The notes: a model not told the origin generated them from the letters alone. A stretch of DNA of 64,000 nucleotides from Thermoguttaceae bacterium (GCA_031549145.1 JAVBQI010000051.1:1672-65671); one strand, 5' to 3'. Positions 52,955 to 63,490 are shown, counted from the stretch's first letter. Numbers and translations: made by a program.

Positions 52955-53965
52955 TCAATGGTTTCGCTGGAGAACGAACCGGGCGATTTCGATTAAGGCT
53001 CTCACCGCTTCGGAGCTCGGGTTTTCAAGATTCGCCTGCTCCAGGGATCGAACAGCCGCTTCGATCAATCGGACCGCGCACTCTTGGGCGGCGTCGACCG
53101 CGCCGCTCTCCTTGAGTCGGGTCGCGAGTTGCCGGGCCGAATCAGGGGTGATCTCTTCTTTTTCCAAAAGATCGAGGATCGCTTGCCGCTCGTCCTTTGC
53201 GGAAGATTCGAGAAACAGGATCAACGGCAAGGTCAGCTTTTTCTCGATCAAATCGGTCCCCAGGGTTTTTCCGGCGATGTTTTCCTCGCCGATGAGATCA
53301 AGGACGTCGTCGATGATTTGAAAGGCGATGCCGAGTTTTTCGCCGAATTCCGCGAACTGCCGAACCGTTTCTTTCCCCGCCCCGCCGAAATGTGCTCCCA
53401 GAGCGCAACAACAGGACAAAATCGCGGCGGTTTTGCCGGAGACGATCGAAAAATACTCCTCTTTCCCGACGTCGAATCGCCGCTTCGTCCCGATTTGCCG
53501 CAATTCCGACTCGCAGGTTTTCCAAACGGCGTCGGTTACGGTCTTGTAGCCGAAAAAGTCCTCGGACCGTGTCATAATCCGCATCGCCTGGGCTAAAAGA
53601 AGATCGCCCCCCAAAATGCTGGTCGCGCTGTTCCAGCGAATATTCATCGTCGCGAGGTGTCGGCGGACCTTGGCCCCGTCGAGAATATCGTCGTGCAAAA
53701 GCGAGGCCGTATGTATCATCTCAAGGGCCGCCGCCGTCAGGTAGTGATCCGCCGTCAAAGGGCCGAAGACCCTTCCGCAGAGCAAAACGAGGACAGGTCG
53801 GAGCCGTTTGCCGACGAAACGCAGCCCGTATTGAACGACCTCCTCGACGAAAGGGTAAGGGCTCGAAAAGTCCAACCGCATCTGCCGCTCGACCTCTTCG
53901 AGATCCGTTTCAATCAGCCGATACACCTGCTGCAATTCCGGGGGAAGTATCGGCTTGGTTGACAT
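52955..53965 (-). CDS. Polyprenyl diphosphate synthase (trans-IPPS family)
   Basis: ORF 52955..54091, ATG at 53965 preferred. First DDxxD LLHDDILDG and second QIIDDVLDL. Confidence 0.9.
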   Translation of the reverse strand: MSTKPILPPELQQVYRLIETDLEEVERQMRLDFSSPYPFVEEVVQYGLRFVGKRLRPVLVLLCGRVFGPLTADHYLTAAALEMIHTASLLHDDILDGAKVRRHLATMNIRWNSATSILGGDLLLAQAMRIMTRSEDFFGYKTVTDAVWKTCESELRQIGTKRRFDVGKEEYFSIVSGKTAAILSCCCALGAHFGGAGKETVRQFAEFGEKLGIAFQIIDDVLDLIGEENIAGKTLGTDLIEKKLTLPLILFLESSAKDERQAILDLLEKEEITPDSARQLATRLKESGAVDAAQECAVRLIEAAVRSLEQANLENPSSEAVRALIEIARFVLQRNH

Positions 53966-54216
53966 TTCAGGCTGGGTCGGAAAAAAAGGGGATGCCCCTA
54001 CGGATCGCGGGACACGGATCGGAAAACCCCCGATTATAGAACATTCCGAAAATTCCGGTATCCCCCCGTGAGAACCGCAAATTCCCGTCATTTCGACTGA
54101 AACGTAGTGTAAGGAGAAATCTCACCCTCGCGCGAGGGTCGGAATTTCCGCCCTTTCGGCGAGGGTGAGATTTCTCGCTTCGCTCGAAATGACACGGTCA
54201 TTTGTTGACTGTCTGC

Positions 54217-56403
54217 TTACCGCACGAACAGCAGTTCGCGGTACTTCGGCATCGGCCAGATTTCATCGTCAACGATCAATTCCAATTGGTCGATGTGCTC
54301 GCGGATCGTCTCGATCAACGGGGCGACCGTCCGGGCATAAGCGATCGCCCGTTCCCGCTCGCTTTCGATCCGGTTCGCCTCGACCCGGGCCTCGATCATC
54401 GCTTCCGTTTGCCGCTTGATCTCGTTCATATGATTGCCGATCGTCTCGATCAGCCCCATTTCCGTCGCGGCGAGCTTCTCGAATTTGTCTTTCGGAAAAA
54501 CCTGCCCGATCCGGTACACGTTTTCCAAAAGCGCGGACTGGTATTTCGTCGCGACCGGAATAATGTGGTTCATTGCCAAATCGCCGAGCACCCTCGCTTC
54601 GATTTGGATTTTTTTCGTGTAAATGTCCCACATCACCTCGTTTCGGGCCGCCAATTCCTTTTCCGAAAGGACATTGGTCCGGGCAAACATCGCGACGCTT
54701 TCCGGGGTCGTATACGAATCGTAAACGAGCGGGACGCAGTTTTCGCAATCGAGCCCGCGTCGTTCGGCTTCGAGCTTCCAATCATCGCTGTAGCCGTTGC
54801 CGTCGAAACGGATCGGCTTCGATTTCCTGATATACGATTTAATGACCTCGAAAATCGCCCTTTCCTTCGATGTTCCCGCCTTGATTTTGGCGTCGACCTC
54901 GACCTTGAACTCCTGCAACTGGTCGGCGACGGCCGTGCTCAGGGCGATCATCGCTCCGGCACAATTGGCCGAGGAGCCGATCCCGCGAAATTCGAACCGG
55001 TCCCCTGTAAAGGCGAACGGCGAGGTCCGGTTCCGGTCCGTGTTGTCGATTAACACCTCGGGAATATGGGCGAGACCGAGTTTCATCACTTTTTTCGCGT
55101 CGAGCAAAACCGCTTCTTCGCTGTCGCTTTCTTCGAGCTTGTCGAGGACGGCGGAAAGCTGCGAGCCGAGAAAAACCGAAACGATCACCGGCGGGGCCTC
55201 GTTGCCGCCGAGCCGATGGGCGTTCGGAGCCGACATGATGCTCGCCTTGAGCAGGCGGTTGTGCTTGTGAACGGCCATTAAAACACTCACCAAAAACGTC
55301 AGGAATTGGAGATTTTCCGTCGCCGTTTTGCCAGGAGTCAGCAGCCCGAGGCCGGTGTCCGTCCCGATCGACCAATTGTTGTGCTTGCCGGAACCGTTGA
55401 TCCCAGCGAACGGTTTCTCGTGCAGCAAAACGCGAAAATTGTGCCGTCGGGCGACCTTTTTCATCAGCGACATCAGCAGCTGATTGTGGTCGTTCGCGAG
55501 GTTCATTTCCTCGAAAATCGGGGCGAACTCGAACTGGTTCGGGGCCGCTTCGTTGTGCCGGGTCTTCAACGGAATGCCGTATTTGTATGCTTCGAATTCC
55601 ATATCCCGCATAAACGCGATCACCCGGGTCGGAATCGAACCGAAATAATGGTCCTCCAACTGCTGGTTTTTCGCGCTTTTGTGCCCCATAAGCGTTCGGC
55701 CGCTCAGCATCAGATCAGGTCGGGCGGCATACAGTCCGTCGTCGATCAGGAAATACTCCTGCTCCCAGCCGAGGTAAGAGGTTACTTTCTTGACGTTTTT
55801 GTCGAAATAATGACAAACTTCGGTCGCGGCTTTGTTGACCGCCCCGATCGCCTTGAGCAACGGCGTTTTGTAATCGAGCGACTCTCCCGTGTAAGACACG
55901 AAAATCGTCGGGATACAAAGCGTGTCGTCGACGACGAACGCCGGCGAAGACGGATCCCAAGCGGTGTAACCCCGGGCTTCGAACGTGTTGCGGATTCCCC
56001 CGGACGGGAAACTCGAAGCGTCCGGCTCCTGTTGAATGAGAAGCTTGCCGGACAGTTCTTCGATTACGCCGCCGCCGGGCAGTGGGGTAATGAACGAATC
56101 GTGCTTTTCGGCCGTGCCGCCGGTGAGCGGATGAAACCAGTGCGTATAATGCGTCGCCCCCATTTCAAGCGCCCACATTTTCATTCCCGCGGCGACATGG
56201 TTGGCGATGTCCCGGTCCAACGGAATTCCCTTGTCGATCGCATCACAAAGCGTCTGGAGCGTCTCTTCCGAGAGATATTTGGTCATTCTCTGCCGGCTGA
56301 AGACGTTTTTACCGTAATAATCGGAAATCAGCGCCGACGGCGGCTCGACCGGAATCGCCTTGCGTTTATAGGCTTCTTCGACGACTTTGAAGCGGAGTGT
56401 CAT
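54217..56403 (-). CDS. glnN: Glutamine synthetase type III
   Basis: 728 aa. N-terminus ISDYYGKNVFSRQRMTKYLSEETL and the catalytic core (KTRHNEAAPNQFEFAPIFE, LHEKPFAGINGSGKHNNWS) are characteristic of GSIII. Confidence 0.92.
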   Translation of the reverse strand: MTLRFKVVEEAYKRKAIPVEPPSALISDYYGKNVFSRQRMTKYLSEETLQTLCDAIDKGIPLDRDIANHVAAGMKMWALEMGATHYTHWFHPLTGGTAEKHDSFITPLPGGGVIEELSGKLLIQQEPDASSFPSGGIRNTFEARGYTAWDPSSPAFVVDDTLCIPTIFVSYTGESLDYKTPLLKAIGAVNKAATEVCHYFDKNVKKVTSYLGWEQEYFLIDDGLYAARPDLMLSGRTLMGHKSAKNQQLEDHYFGSIPTRVIAFMRDMEFEAYKYGIPLKTRHNEAAPNQFEFAPIFEEMNLANDHNQLLMSLMKKVARRHNFRVLLHEKPFAGINGSGKHNNWSIGTDTGLGLLTPGKTATENLQFLTFLVSVLMAVHKHNRLLKASIMSAPNAHRLGGNEAPPVIVSVFLGSQLSAVLDKLEESDSEEAVLLDAKKVMKLGLAHIPEVLIDNTDRNRTSPFAFTGDRFEFRGIGSSANCAGAMIALSTAVADQLQEFKVEVDAKIKAGTSKERAIFEVIKSYIRKSKPIRFDGNGYSDDWKLEAERRGLDCENCVPLVYDSYTTPESVAMFARTNVLSEKELAARNEVMWDIYTKKIQIEARVLGDLAMNHIIPVATKYQSALLENVYRIGQVFPKDKFEKLAATEMGLIETIGNHMNEIKRQTEAMIEARVEANRIESERERAIAYARTVAPLIETIREHIDQLELIVDDEIWPMPKYRELLFVR

Positions 56404-56523
56404 GAGATTGAGCGTTCGAGAAAGGAAAAAGAAAAGTCGAAAGATACTTGATTCTATGCCGCTTTTCCCAAATTGTCAATTTCCCGCAAGGTCGATTCGG
56501 ACGATTGCAAAGTCGGAATTTCT

Positions 56524-56646
56524 GAAAAAAATATCGAATCGGGCAGCAGCCGGAAGCGTGAGCACCCGGTTCTCCAATACGGAAACGCGAGGGCCAACCC
56601 GCGCTGACGCTTCGGGCTGCTGTTCACGGGATTCGATATTTTTTAG
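56524..56646 (-). repeat. Repeat family C copy 3 (inverted, with extra inverted flank)
   Basis: The reverse complement matches the C consensus. It is flanked on both sides by inverted ATATCGAATC / GATTCGATAT. Confidence 0.88.
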
Positions 56647-56705
56647 ACCTGTGCAAAAAATTTGCACCCATTTGGGAGTGAACTTTTTCGAACGAAGAAA
56701 TCACC

Positions 56706-56780
56706 GTCATTCCCGCGCAGGCGGGAATCCATAGTGAAGACGTGTTCTATAGCTTCCCGCCTGCGCGGGAAAGACGAAAG
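56706..56780 (+). repeat. Repeat family A, divergent copy
   Basis: GTCATTCCCGCGCAGGCGGGAATCCATAG...CTTCCCGCCTGCGCGGGAAAGACGAAAGG. Same architecture with a different spacer. Confidence 0.75.
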
Positions 56781-56893
56781 GTGAGGTTCAAATTTTTTGC
56801 ACAGATCGGTAAGTGAGAATCAACAAGAACAGAGTACCGTACGCAACCGCCCGGAGGTCGGTTGTCTACCTTGCCAAACTGAATCAGGGTCAA

Positions 56894-59014
56894 TCACTCC
56901 TTTTGAACCGGCCAACTGGCGCGGTTTTCGTCCTGGTACAAACCGATTTTCTCGAACGGAATCGGCTCGAATCCGGCCTTGAGTGCCGGCGATTCCGGCT
57001 TCAGCCGAAAACCGGCCTTTTCCGGATGCTCCGGATCGACGAACAACGGGTCGGTCCCGACCGGCTTTTCGCCGTCGAGCACCAACCTCGTGTTGTCCTC
57101 CATTTTCAAATACGGTCGCGCCTTCTCTTCGATCGACATATCCCAAAATCCGGCCGGTTTGTCCCAAACGCCGCGCAAGCAGATGTTGCGGGCGATCACG
57201 TTCCCTTTCGGAGCCTTTGGTTCGTCTTCGAGAATGTTGACGAGCTTCGGATACCGTTCGCTGTAAGGGGGCTTGTTCCAGGCGATTCCGGAAATCGTCC
57301 CTTTCTCCTTTGCTTCGGCGATCCACTCATCGGCGTGGTAGGCGGCCCAGCCGAGTGCCCTCGCATCGACGTGCAGCGACGGCACGCAATCGACGAAAAT
57401 GTTGTTGAGGATGCTGTTGTCTCGGCCGCCGCCGATCATCGCCGCCCGAGTGACCCGGAGGAAAATGTTGCCGATCATATCCGCCGAAGCGAACATGTCG
57501 TCCAAATAAATCCCGACGCAGCCCTTTTTCTCGAACCCTTCGATGTCATGCAGGTAATTGTACCGAATCATGTTCCCCCGCATCGTCCAGTTCCGGCCGG
57601 TGTAAATCGCCCCGGCATCGTTCGATTCGTAACAGACATCGTCGATCTCGTTGAATTCGATCAGGTGATCGTTGCCGTAAAATCCCATTCCCATATGCGG
57701 GGCGTGGGCGATCAAATTATGGGTCGCCCGATTGCCGACGCCGTTGAGCGAAATACCCGGCTGGTAAACCCGTTGGATCCGGGCAAAATGGTGTATGTGG
57801 TTGTTGTCGGCGAAATGCCCGGCCGGGACCAGCTTTTCGCGGTCGCCGCCGCTGAGGGAAATCCCGCCCGCTCCGGCCGTCGAAATGTCGCAACCTTGCA
57901 CGCCGCAGTTTTCGCCGCCGGAAATGTTGACCGCCGTCCCGCCGATGTTGCGGATCGCCGAGGCCGCGATCAGGACGTCTTTCCCGTTTTGGACCATGAT
58001 CGCGTCTTTCCGACACCCTTCCAAAAGAAAGCCGCGAATCGTAAGGCCGGAACCGTCGCCGATCAGGATCAGCGAATCAAGCCGGGAAAGCAACGATTCG
58101 CTCGTCTCCGGCAAACCGGGCGGGTAAAAATAGAGGACGCCCGCCGCCCGATCGATGTAATACTCACCGGGTCGGTCGATCTCGCAAAGCAGGTTGAAAC
58201 CGTAAAACCATTGTCCGAGCCGATAACCGTAACCGTGATAGGGGGGCTCGACTTCGAGAACGTTGGCGTCGATCGACTTGATCTTGTGCCGCTGCTCCGA
58301 CCAATCCCAGAACCAATAGCCGTGTACCCAAGGGTCTTTTTCGACAGACCAACGGTTGATCCTGGTATCCTCGAACTGAAATTTGCCGGACAAATCCCCT
58401 TTGATCCCATGCAAGACCGTCGGCTTTTCGTTCAGCAAACCGGTGATTTTGACGAAACCTTCGTTCGGGTAACGAGAAAGCTGCATCGGCTGGTGTCCGA
58501 AAAAGAGCTCGGCCCCGCCGCTGTCCGGCGAACCGTATTCGAGCATTCCGGCCGCTTTCAGGTCCGTTTGATAAATTTTTCCGCGAACCTCCGGCTCGAA
58601 TTTCTCAAGCACGGCCGGATCCGTAACGACTTGCCAATCCCTGAGGATTTTTCCGCCGAGCAAACGGACGGCATCCCCTTTCCTGGCACGCCAAATCGTC
58701 CGGGAAGCTCCCTTGCCGCAATCTTCGGGACCGAACGCGAGCGGCTCTTCGAGCTCATAATCCCCGGCGAGAATCTCGACGATGAGATCGCCCTTGAGAT
58801 CAGGCGTCGTTTCGCGGACGGTTCGAACCGCCGATTGCGCTTGCTGCAAACTCGCGAACGGCCCGTCCGATCGTTCGGCCGTCGGTTTCTCGAGCTTGCC
58901 GGAAAACCGGTCGTCGCCGTCCTTGGAAACATAGAATACGAGGTCCCCGGCCGAAACCGATCCGATCGCAACGAGGACGAAAAGTACGCAGCAGAAAAAA
59001 CGCAGGTTGAGCAT
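56894..59014 (-). CDS. Secreted right-handed parallel beta-helix repeat protein (pectate-lyase fold)
   Basis: Signal peptide. FYVSKDGDDRFSGKLEKP start is typical of the family. Repeated short beta-helix units (GISLSGG, NNHIHH, NLIAHAPHMG). The longer antisense ORF 56813..59062 is R/D/V-rich and rejected. Confidence 0.8.
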   Translation of the reverse strand: MLNLRFFCCVLFVLVAIGSVSAGDLVFYVSKDGDDRFSGKLEKPTAERSDGPFASLQQAQSAVRTVRETTPDLKGDLIVEILAGDYELEEPLAFGPEDCGKGASRTIWRARKGDAVRLLGGKILRDWQVVTDPAVLEKFEPEVRGKIYQTDLKAAGMLEYGSPDSGGAELFFGHQPMQLSRYPNEGFVKITGLLNEKPTVLHGIKGDLSGKFQFEDTRINRWSVEKDPWVHGYWFWDWSEQRHKIKSIDANVLEVEPPYHGYGYRLGQWFYGFNLLCEIDRPGEYYIDRAAGVLYFYPPGLPETSESLLSRLDSLILIGDGSGLTIRGFLLEGCRKDAIMVQNGKDVLIAASAIRNIGGTAVNISGGENCGVQGCDISTAGAGGISLSGGDREKLVPAGHFADNNHIHHFARIQRVYQPGISLNGVGNRATHNLIAHAPHMGMGFYGNDHLIEFNEIDDVCYESNDAGAIYTGRNWTMRGNMIRYNYLHDIEGFEKKGCVGIYLDDMFASADMIGNIFLRVTRAAMIGGGRDNSILNNIFVDCVPSLHVDARALGWAAYHADEWIAEAKEKGTISGIAWNKPPYSERYPKLVNILEDEPKAPKGNVIARNICLRGVWDKPAGFWDMSIEEKARPYLKMEDNTRLVLDGEKPVGTDPLFVDPEHPEKAGFRLKPESPALKAGFEPIPFEKIGLYQDENRASWPVQKE

Positions 59015-59095
59015 GGTGTTGGTTTGAAAGGTTGTTGTCAGGTGTGCGGTACCGAGCCCTAGAAAAATTTTGGCCCTTTATTTTGGAATAGAACC

Positions 59096-59191
59096 GTCAC
59101 CCCCGCGCAGGCGGGGGTCCAGAGGGAAAGCGTAATCTCTGGATCCCCGCCTGCGCGGGGATGACGGGAAGTCAGATCATTTTTAATTTGG
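59096..59191 (-). repeat. Repeat family A copy 5 (inverted orientation)
   Basis: Reverse complement of copy 1, including the flank TCAGATCATTTTTAATTTGG. Confidence 0.9.
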
Positions 59192-59230
59192 AATCGTATT
59201 GTGTCGTCGTATCACCGATCCCGAGCGGGA

Positions 59231-61111
59231 TCATTTCTTCCCTTGTTCGGGCAGATCGAAAAACGTCGACGGGGGCGCATCGTCGAATTCGATCGACGGT
59301 CTGTAACGGTCCATTCCGTTGCGCGCGAACATGGACGGGCGCATCAGCATCGGCGAACGTATTCCCGGTCCGGTTCGCCTTTGTGCATCCCAGGCCATTT
59401 GAACGGCCGCCCGCAATTGTTTGTAACCCGGCGTCTTCGGGTCCAGGCGAATCGCCTCGTTCAAATCGTCGATCGCTCCCGAAAAGTCGCTCAAGACCGT
59501 CTTCAACAGACCGCGGCACATATAACTGGGAGGATCGTTCGGGTCCAAACGAATCGCCTGATCGAAATAACCGACCCCCTTTTTGGCGTTTTCTTTTATC
59601 AGCGGTTCAGGGATTTTCTCAAGGTTGACCAGGATCGCAAGCCCCAAATTGCGATACACCCCGAGAAGATGCTGGGTTTCGGTTGTTTCCCGGTCCTTCT
59701 CGGTTTGGCTTTGCATGATCGACATAAGATCACGCAGCGTTTCGACGGGAACGCAGTATGCGATTCCTTCGATCTGGGACGCCTTGAGCGTGACGACTCC
59801 GACGACTCGTCCTTCCGAATCGAAGGCCGGCCCGCCTGAGTTGCCCGGGTTGACCGAGATGCTCGTTTGATAATAGAGCCGATCGTCGATCATTGCTTCC
59901 GTACCCATGACCCCGCGGCTGACCGTGATTTCCAAAAACGTTCCGTCCCCAAGACCGGGATTTCCGATCACGATAATCTCCTGACCGCGTCGAAATTGGT
60001 AATTTTCAACCAGGGGAAGCGGTTTGTTTTTTCCCGGGATTTCCAAGAACGCGATATCTTTTTCCGGATTTTCGTAAAGCAATTCCGGTTTGAAAGGCCC
60101 TTTTTCCTTGAGGTCCTTTGCCGCCGGAAAACGAACTTCGATATCGCCCATCATTTCCAGGCTAATGACGTGACTGTTGGTCGCGATGATTCCCGGGCCG
60201 ACGACGAAGCCGGTCCCGCCGCTCATTTTCCCTTTGATAAAGGCGACCGAGGCCTCGGTTTCGGCGACAACCGTTTCCGTGTCGCGGGGACCGGACGAAG
60301 TTTGTTTCGACCGAGCGGCCTCTTTTTCGGCGGCGGTCGGAGTTTCAACGGAAGCGGAGGTTCCGACCGGAACGGAGTTTCCGTTCAACGAAACAACGGC
60401 GGCGATGCCGAGAAGAAAGATCCCGACCAGCGCGAAACCGGCGAGCCCGAGCACCCATTGCAAGGTCGGATCGGTTGCATGAGCCGTGAGGGGAGTGTTG
60501 ACGCGGGGTCGCGAGGCGGGCAGATGGTTTTCGACGGCAAAAAGCTGATCGAGCAGGTCCGGTTGAAAGCCGGGCGAGGTCGGGTGAGGCGAGGGCGAAG
60601 GGGCGGTGTAAGCGGCGGAGTAAGCCGTGGGCGAAGATACGCGAGGAGCAATGGGCGGAGACGGGGCCTGTGTTGCGGGCCGGATTTCCGGCGGGGCGGG
60701 AGTAGGGAGAAACGCTTCCTCAGGTTGAAGAAGCTCGGGGGTCGTCGGGATTGCGGTAAAATGTTTGGGAGCGTGAGCCTCTTCTTTCGGGGGCGGGCCT
60801 TTCGCCTGTTCGGGCCGAAGCTCTTCCAAGGATATGGGAGCGACCGAGTATGCGGATTTCGATTCGGTTGACGCGGGAGCGACCGAAAACACGGATGTTG
60901 ATTCGGCGGATGCGGGAGCGGAAGAGTTTTTGGTTCTTTTTTCGAAAAGGCCGTTGACTTTTCCGGCCTCGATGAGCCGGTCCATCCCATCGAGGAGAAG
61001 GAGGGTTTTCCGTCCGATGATCCCTTCTTTGACCAACAGTTTCAGGGTTTCCGAAGAAACCGGTCCCGTTTTTTCAGACGACGCGTTCAGGTAATACCAT
61101 TGTTTCGACAT
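59231..61111 (-). CDS. GYF_2-like N-domain / Pro-rich linker / TM / trypsin-like serine protease / TPR protein
   Basis: ORF 59231..61282. ATG at 61111 is preceded by AGGAGG. WYYLNASSEKTGPVSSETLKLLVKEGII (GYF-like), GTGFVVGPGIIATNSHV (His), NPGNSGGPAF (Ser), C-terminal TPR-like repeats. Confidence 0.8.
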   Translation of the reverse strand: MSKQWYYLNASSEKTGPVSSETLKLLVKEGIIGRKTLLLLDGMDRLIEAGKVNGLFEKRTKNSSAPASAESTSVFSVAPASTESKSAYSVAPISLEELRPEQAKGPPPKEEAHAPKHFTAIPTTPELLQPEEAFLPTPAPPEIRPATQAPSPPIAPRVSSPTAYSAAYTAPSPSPHPTSPGFQPDLLDQLFAVENHLPASRPRVNTPLTAHATDPTLQWVLGLAGFALVGIFLLGIAAVVSLNGNSVPVGTSASVETPTAAEKEAARSKQTSSGPRDTETVVAETEASVAFIKGKMSGGTGFVVGPGIIATNSHVISLEMMGDIEVRFPAAKDLKEKGPFKPELLYENPEKDIAFLEIPGKNKPLPLVENYQFRRGQEIIVIGNPGLGDGTFLEITVSRGVMGTEAMIDDRLYYQTSISVNPGNSGGPAFDSEGRVVGVVTLKASQIEGIAYCVPVETLRDLMSIMQSQTEKDRETTETQHLLGVYRNLGLAILVNLEKIPEPLIKENAKKGVGYFDQAIRLDPNDPPSYMCRGLLKTVLSDFSGAIDDLNEAIRLDPKTPGYKQLRAAVQMAWDAQRRTGPGIRSPMLMRPSMFARNGMDRYRPSIEFDDAPPSTFFDLPEQGKK

Positions 61112-61240
61112 GGTTTTTCCTCCTCTTTTCTTCCGGACACGGAGCCGCATCGCGTGCTCTTTAAAAAGGAGCGAGTACAAAGTTTCCAAGAGAGCTCGTA
61201 GTACTCGACCAACACTAAAATTGTGCGTGTCCCGATAGGG

Positions 61241-61270
61241 CACCGGCGTCTGCGCCGCTCGGCTAAACGG
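61241..61270 (-). repeat. Repeat family E copy 3 (inverted)
   Basis: CACCGGCGTCTGCGCCGCTCGGCTAAACGG is the reverse complement of the core. Confidence 0.9.
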
Positions 61271-61333
61271 CCGCATGTACAAAATTAGCTTTGGCGGTGT
61301 AGTAGCATATCTTGACGAAAAAATCGAACAAAC

Positions 61334-61360
61334 AAACAGCAGCCCGATTCGAATTTTTTT
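61334..61360 (+). repeat. Repeat family C 'solo' copy lacking the hairpin
   Basis: AAACAGCAGCCCGATTCGAATTTTTTT equals the left end of C joined directly to the right flank. The hairpin interior of about 75 nt is missing. Confidence 0.8.
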
Positions 61361-61411
61361 CCGGCAGACCAGTAATGAATGCCAATAATAAAACAGTGTA
61401 TGAGGGGTTTG

Positions 61412-62335
61412 TCAAACGAAATATTCCATTTCTTCGAGCGTTGCCAAGGACGGCTGTGCGCCCATCCGGGTTACGCTGATCGCGGCGGCGGCCGAAGCGA
61501 ATCGGGCGGCGTCGAACAGCGTTTGGCCCCGCCCGAGGGCGACCGCGAGGGCACCGCTAAACGCATCGCCGGCCGCCGTCGAGTCGACCGCCTGCACCTG
61601 CCGGGCCGGGACGAGGGTTCCCTGCCCGGGCCGTTCGACGACCAAAGCGCCCTGGGTCCCGAGGGTGATGATCGCGGTTTGCGTTCCCGATTCAAGCAGT
61701 TTGTCCGCGGCAATCTGGGCGGAAACGGCATCGGCAACCGCAACGCCGGTCAATTGCCTTGCCTCATGCTCGTTCGGTTTGATGCAATAAATTTTCCGTA
61801 GCAGTTCCGCGGGAAACGGCGAAGCCGGGGCGGGCGCCGGATCGAGCAACAGCCGGACGCCGTGCTTCGTCGCGAGTTCCGCCGTATATTGAAGCGTTTC
61901 GAACGGGGTTTCCAGCTGAACGACGATCATATCGGCCTTGGCGATCACGGACTCGGCCCGCTTGACATCGGCCGGGGAAAGAAAATGGTTCGCGCCCGAG
62001 GCGACGGAAATCAGGTTTTCCCCGTGCGAATCGACCAAAATCAAGGCGACCCCGGTCGGTCGATCCGGATCGCGAATGATCCAATCGGTGTTGATCCCCT
62101 CTTTTTTGTAACCTTCGAGCGCTTTATCGCCGAACATGTCGCCGCCGATCCGGGAGATCAGCAGCACGTCCCCGCCGAGTCGGGCGGCGGCAACCGCCTG
62201 ATTGGCCCCTTTGCCGCCCGCCGCGAGCAAAAATTCCCCGCCGGTTACGGTTTCGCCCGGGGCCGGAATATTTTCCGATTTGACAACCATGTCGGTATTC
62301 GAACTGCCGACGACGACGATTTTGGGACCAGGCAT
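61412..62335 (-). CDS. rbsK: Ribokinase (PfkB family)
   Basis: ORF 61412..62416, ATG at 62335. IVVVGSSNTDMV, GGKGANQAVAAARLG, DSTAAGDAFSGALA. Confidence 0.9.
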   Translation of the reverse strand: MPGPKIVVVGSSNTDMVVKSENIPAPGETVTGGEFLLAAGGKGANQAVAAARLGGDVLLISRIGGDMFGDKALEGYKKEGINTDWIIRDPDRPTGVALILVDSHGENLISVASGANHFLSPADVKRAESVIAKADMIVVQLETPFETLQYTAELATKHGVRLLLDPAPAPASPFPAELLRKIYCIKPNEHEARQLTGVAVADAVSAQIAADKLLESGTQTAIITLGTQGALVVERPGQGTLVPARQVQAVDSTAAGDAFSGALAVALGRGQTLFDAARFASAAAAISVTRMGAQPSLATLEEMEYFV

Positions 62336-62488
62336 ATCTTTGAAAAGACGAAAAAGGACTGAAAAACGACGATTTTCCGCTGAAAATAGAATAGCGAACG
62401 AGCGCGGAAATTGCAAGAGTCGCGTCTTGAAAAACGCGGATATTGAATGAAATGCGCGGAGTACCGGCGAAAAGAAGAAAGGCTCGCG

Positions 62489-63490
62489 CTATTGAATGAA
62501 GCGTTCCTCGCCTTTGCCGGAATGGGCGACGGTCACTTCCCCGGCATCTTCCAACCGGCGGACGACGTCGACGATTTCCTGCTGCACCCGCTCGACGTCC
62601 GAAGAACGCATCGGGCCGAGGTATTCCATTTCTTCTTGCAGCATCTTGCCCGCCCGCTTCGACATGTTGCGGAAAACCTTTTCCTTGAGCTCCTCGCTCG
62701 CTCCCTTGAGGGCGATCGCCCATTGCGAACTTTCCACATTTTTGAGAATCGCCTGAATGTCCTGGTCCGCGAGCTTCAGAATATCTTCAAAGACGAACAT
62801 GAGCCGCCGAATTTCCTCGACCAGTTCCGGGTCGTCCTGTCCGAGGTTGTCCATAATATTCCGGCCGGTCTGCCGGTCGATCACGTTGAGGATTTCGGCG
62901 ACGCTGCCGACGCCGCCGGCGCTTTCGAGTTTTTGGCTCATCACGCTCGACATCCGGTTTTCCAGCCCTTTTTCGACCTCTTTGATGATTTCCGGCGAGG
63001 TTTGCTGCATCGTCGCGATGCGGCGGATCACGGCCATTTGCCGTTCCGGCGGCAGGCCGTTGATGATATCGGCTCCCTGGGCCGGCCGCAAATGCGAGAC
63101 GATCAGGGCAATGGTCTGCGGATGCTCGTCGACGATAAACGTCAAAAGGTTTTCGCTGTCGACTTTTTGCAGGAAACCGAATGGAATCGCCTCCAAGGAG
63201 CTGCGGACGTTTTCAATGACGTTCAAGCCGTCCTGTCCGAGGGCGGCTTCGGCGAGCTGCTGGGCGACGTTGAACCCTCCGGCCCCGCCGATGAGCTTGG
63301 TCGGATTCGCCTTCGAGAATTCCCGTATCACGTTTTCCTGCTCTTCGGGGGTGATGAGCCCGATTTTGGCGATTTCGGTCATGACCGCTTCAACCTGCTT
63401 CGGCTCCAAACGGGAAAGCAGCGCTCCGGCCTGGTCTTTCGGCAGGCTGATGAGGAAAATAGCGGCTTTTCGAAGATTATTTTGGGCCAT
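62489..63490 (-). CDS. fliG: Flagellar motor switch protein FliG
   Basis: RKAAIFLISLPKDQAGALLSRL, middle-domain EHPQTIALI, C-terminal MSKRAGKMLQEEMEYLGPMR. The antisense ORF 62447..63685 is rejected. Confidence 0.92.
   Translation of the reverse strand: MAQNNLRKAAIFLISLPKDQAGALLSRLEPKQVEAVMTEIAKIGLITPEEQENVIREFSKANPTKLIGGAGGFNVAQQLAEAALGQDGLNVIENVRSSLEAIPFGFLQKVDSENLLTFIVDEHPQTIALIVSHLRPAQGADIINGLPPERQMAVIRRIATMQQTSPEIIKEVEKGLENRMSSVMSQKLESAGGVGSVAEILNVIDRQTGRNIMDNLGQDDPELVEEIRRLMFVFEDILKLADQDIQAILKNVESSQWAIALKGASEELKEKVFRNMSKRAGKMLQEEMEYLGPMRSSDVERVQQEIVDVVRRLEDAGEVTVAHSGKGEERFIQ

Noticed and set aside
56813-59062. Very long antisense ORFs: 749 aa here, plus 5489..7048, 55306..56451, 62447..63685, 20882..21898, 36113..37240 and others.
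   Set aside because: All are Arg/Asp/Val/Gly-rich with no motifs, and each lies opposite a confidently recognised gene. This is typical of spurious open frames in GC-rich DNA.
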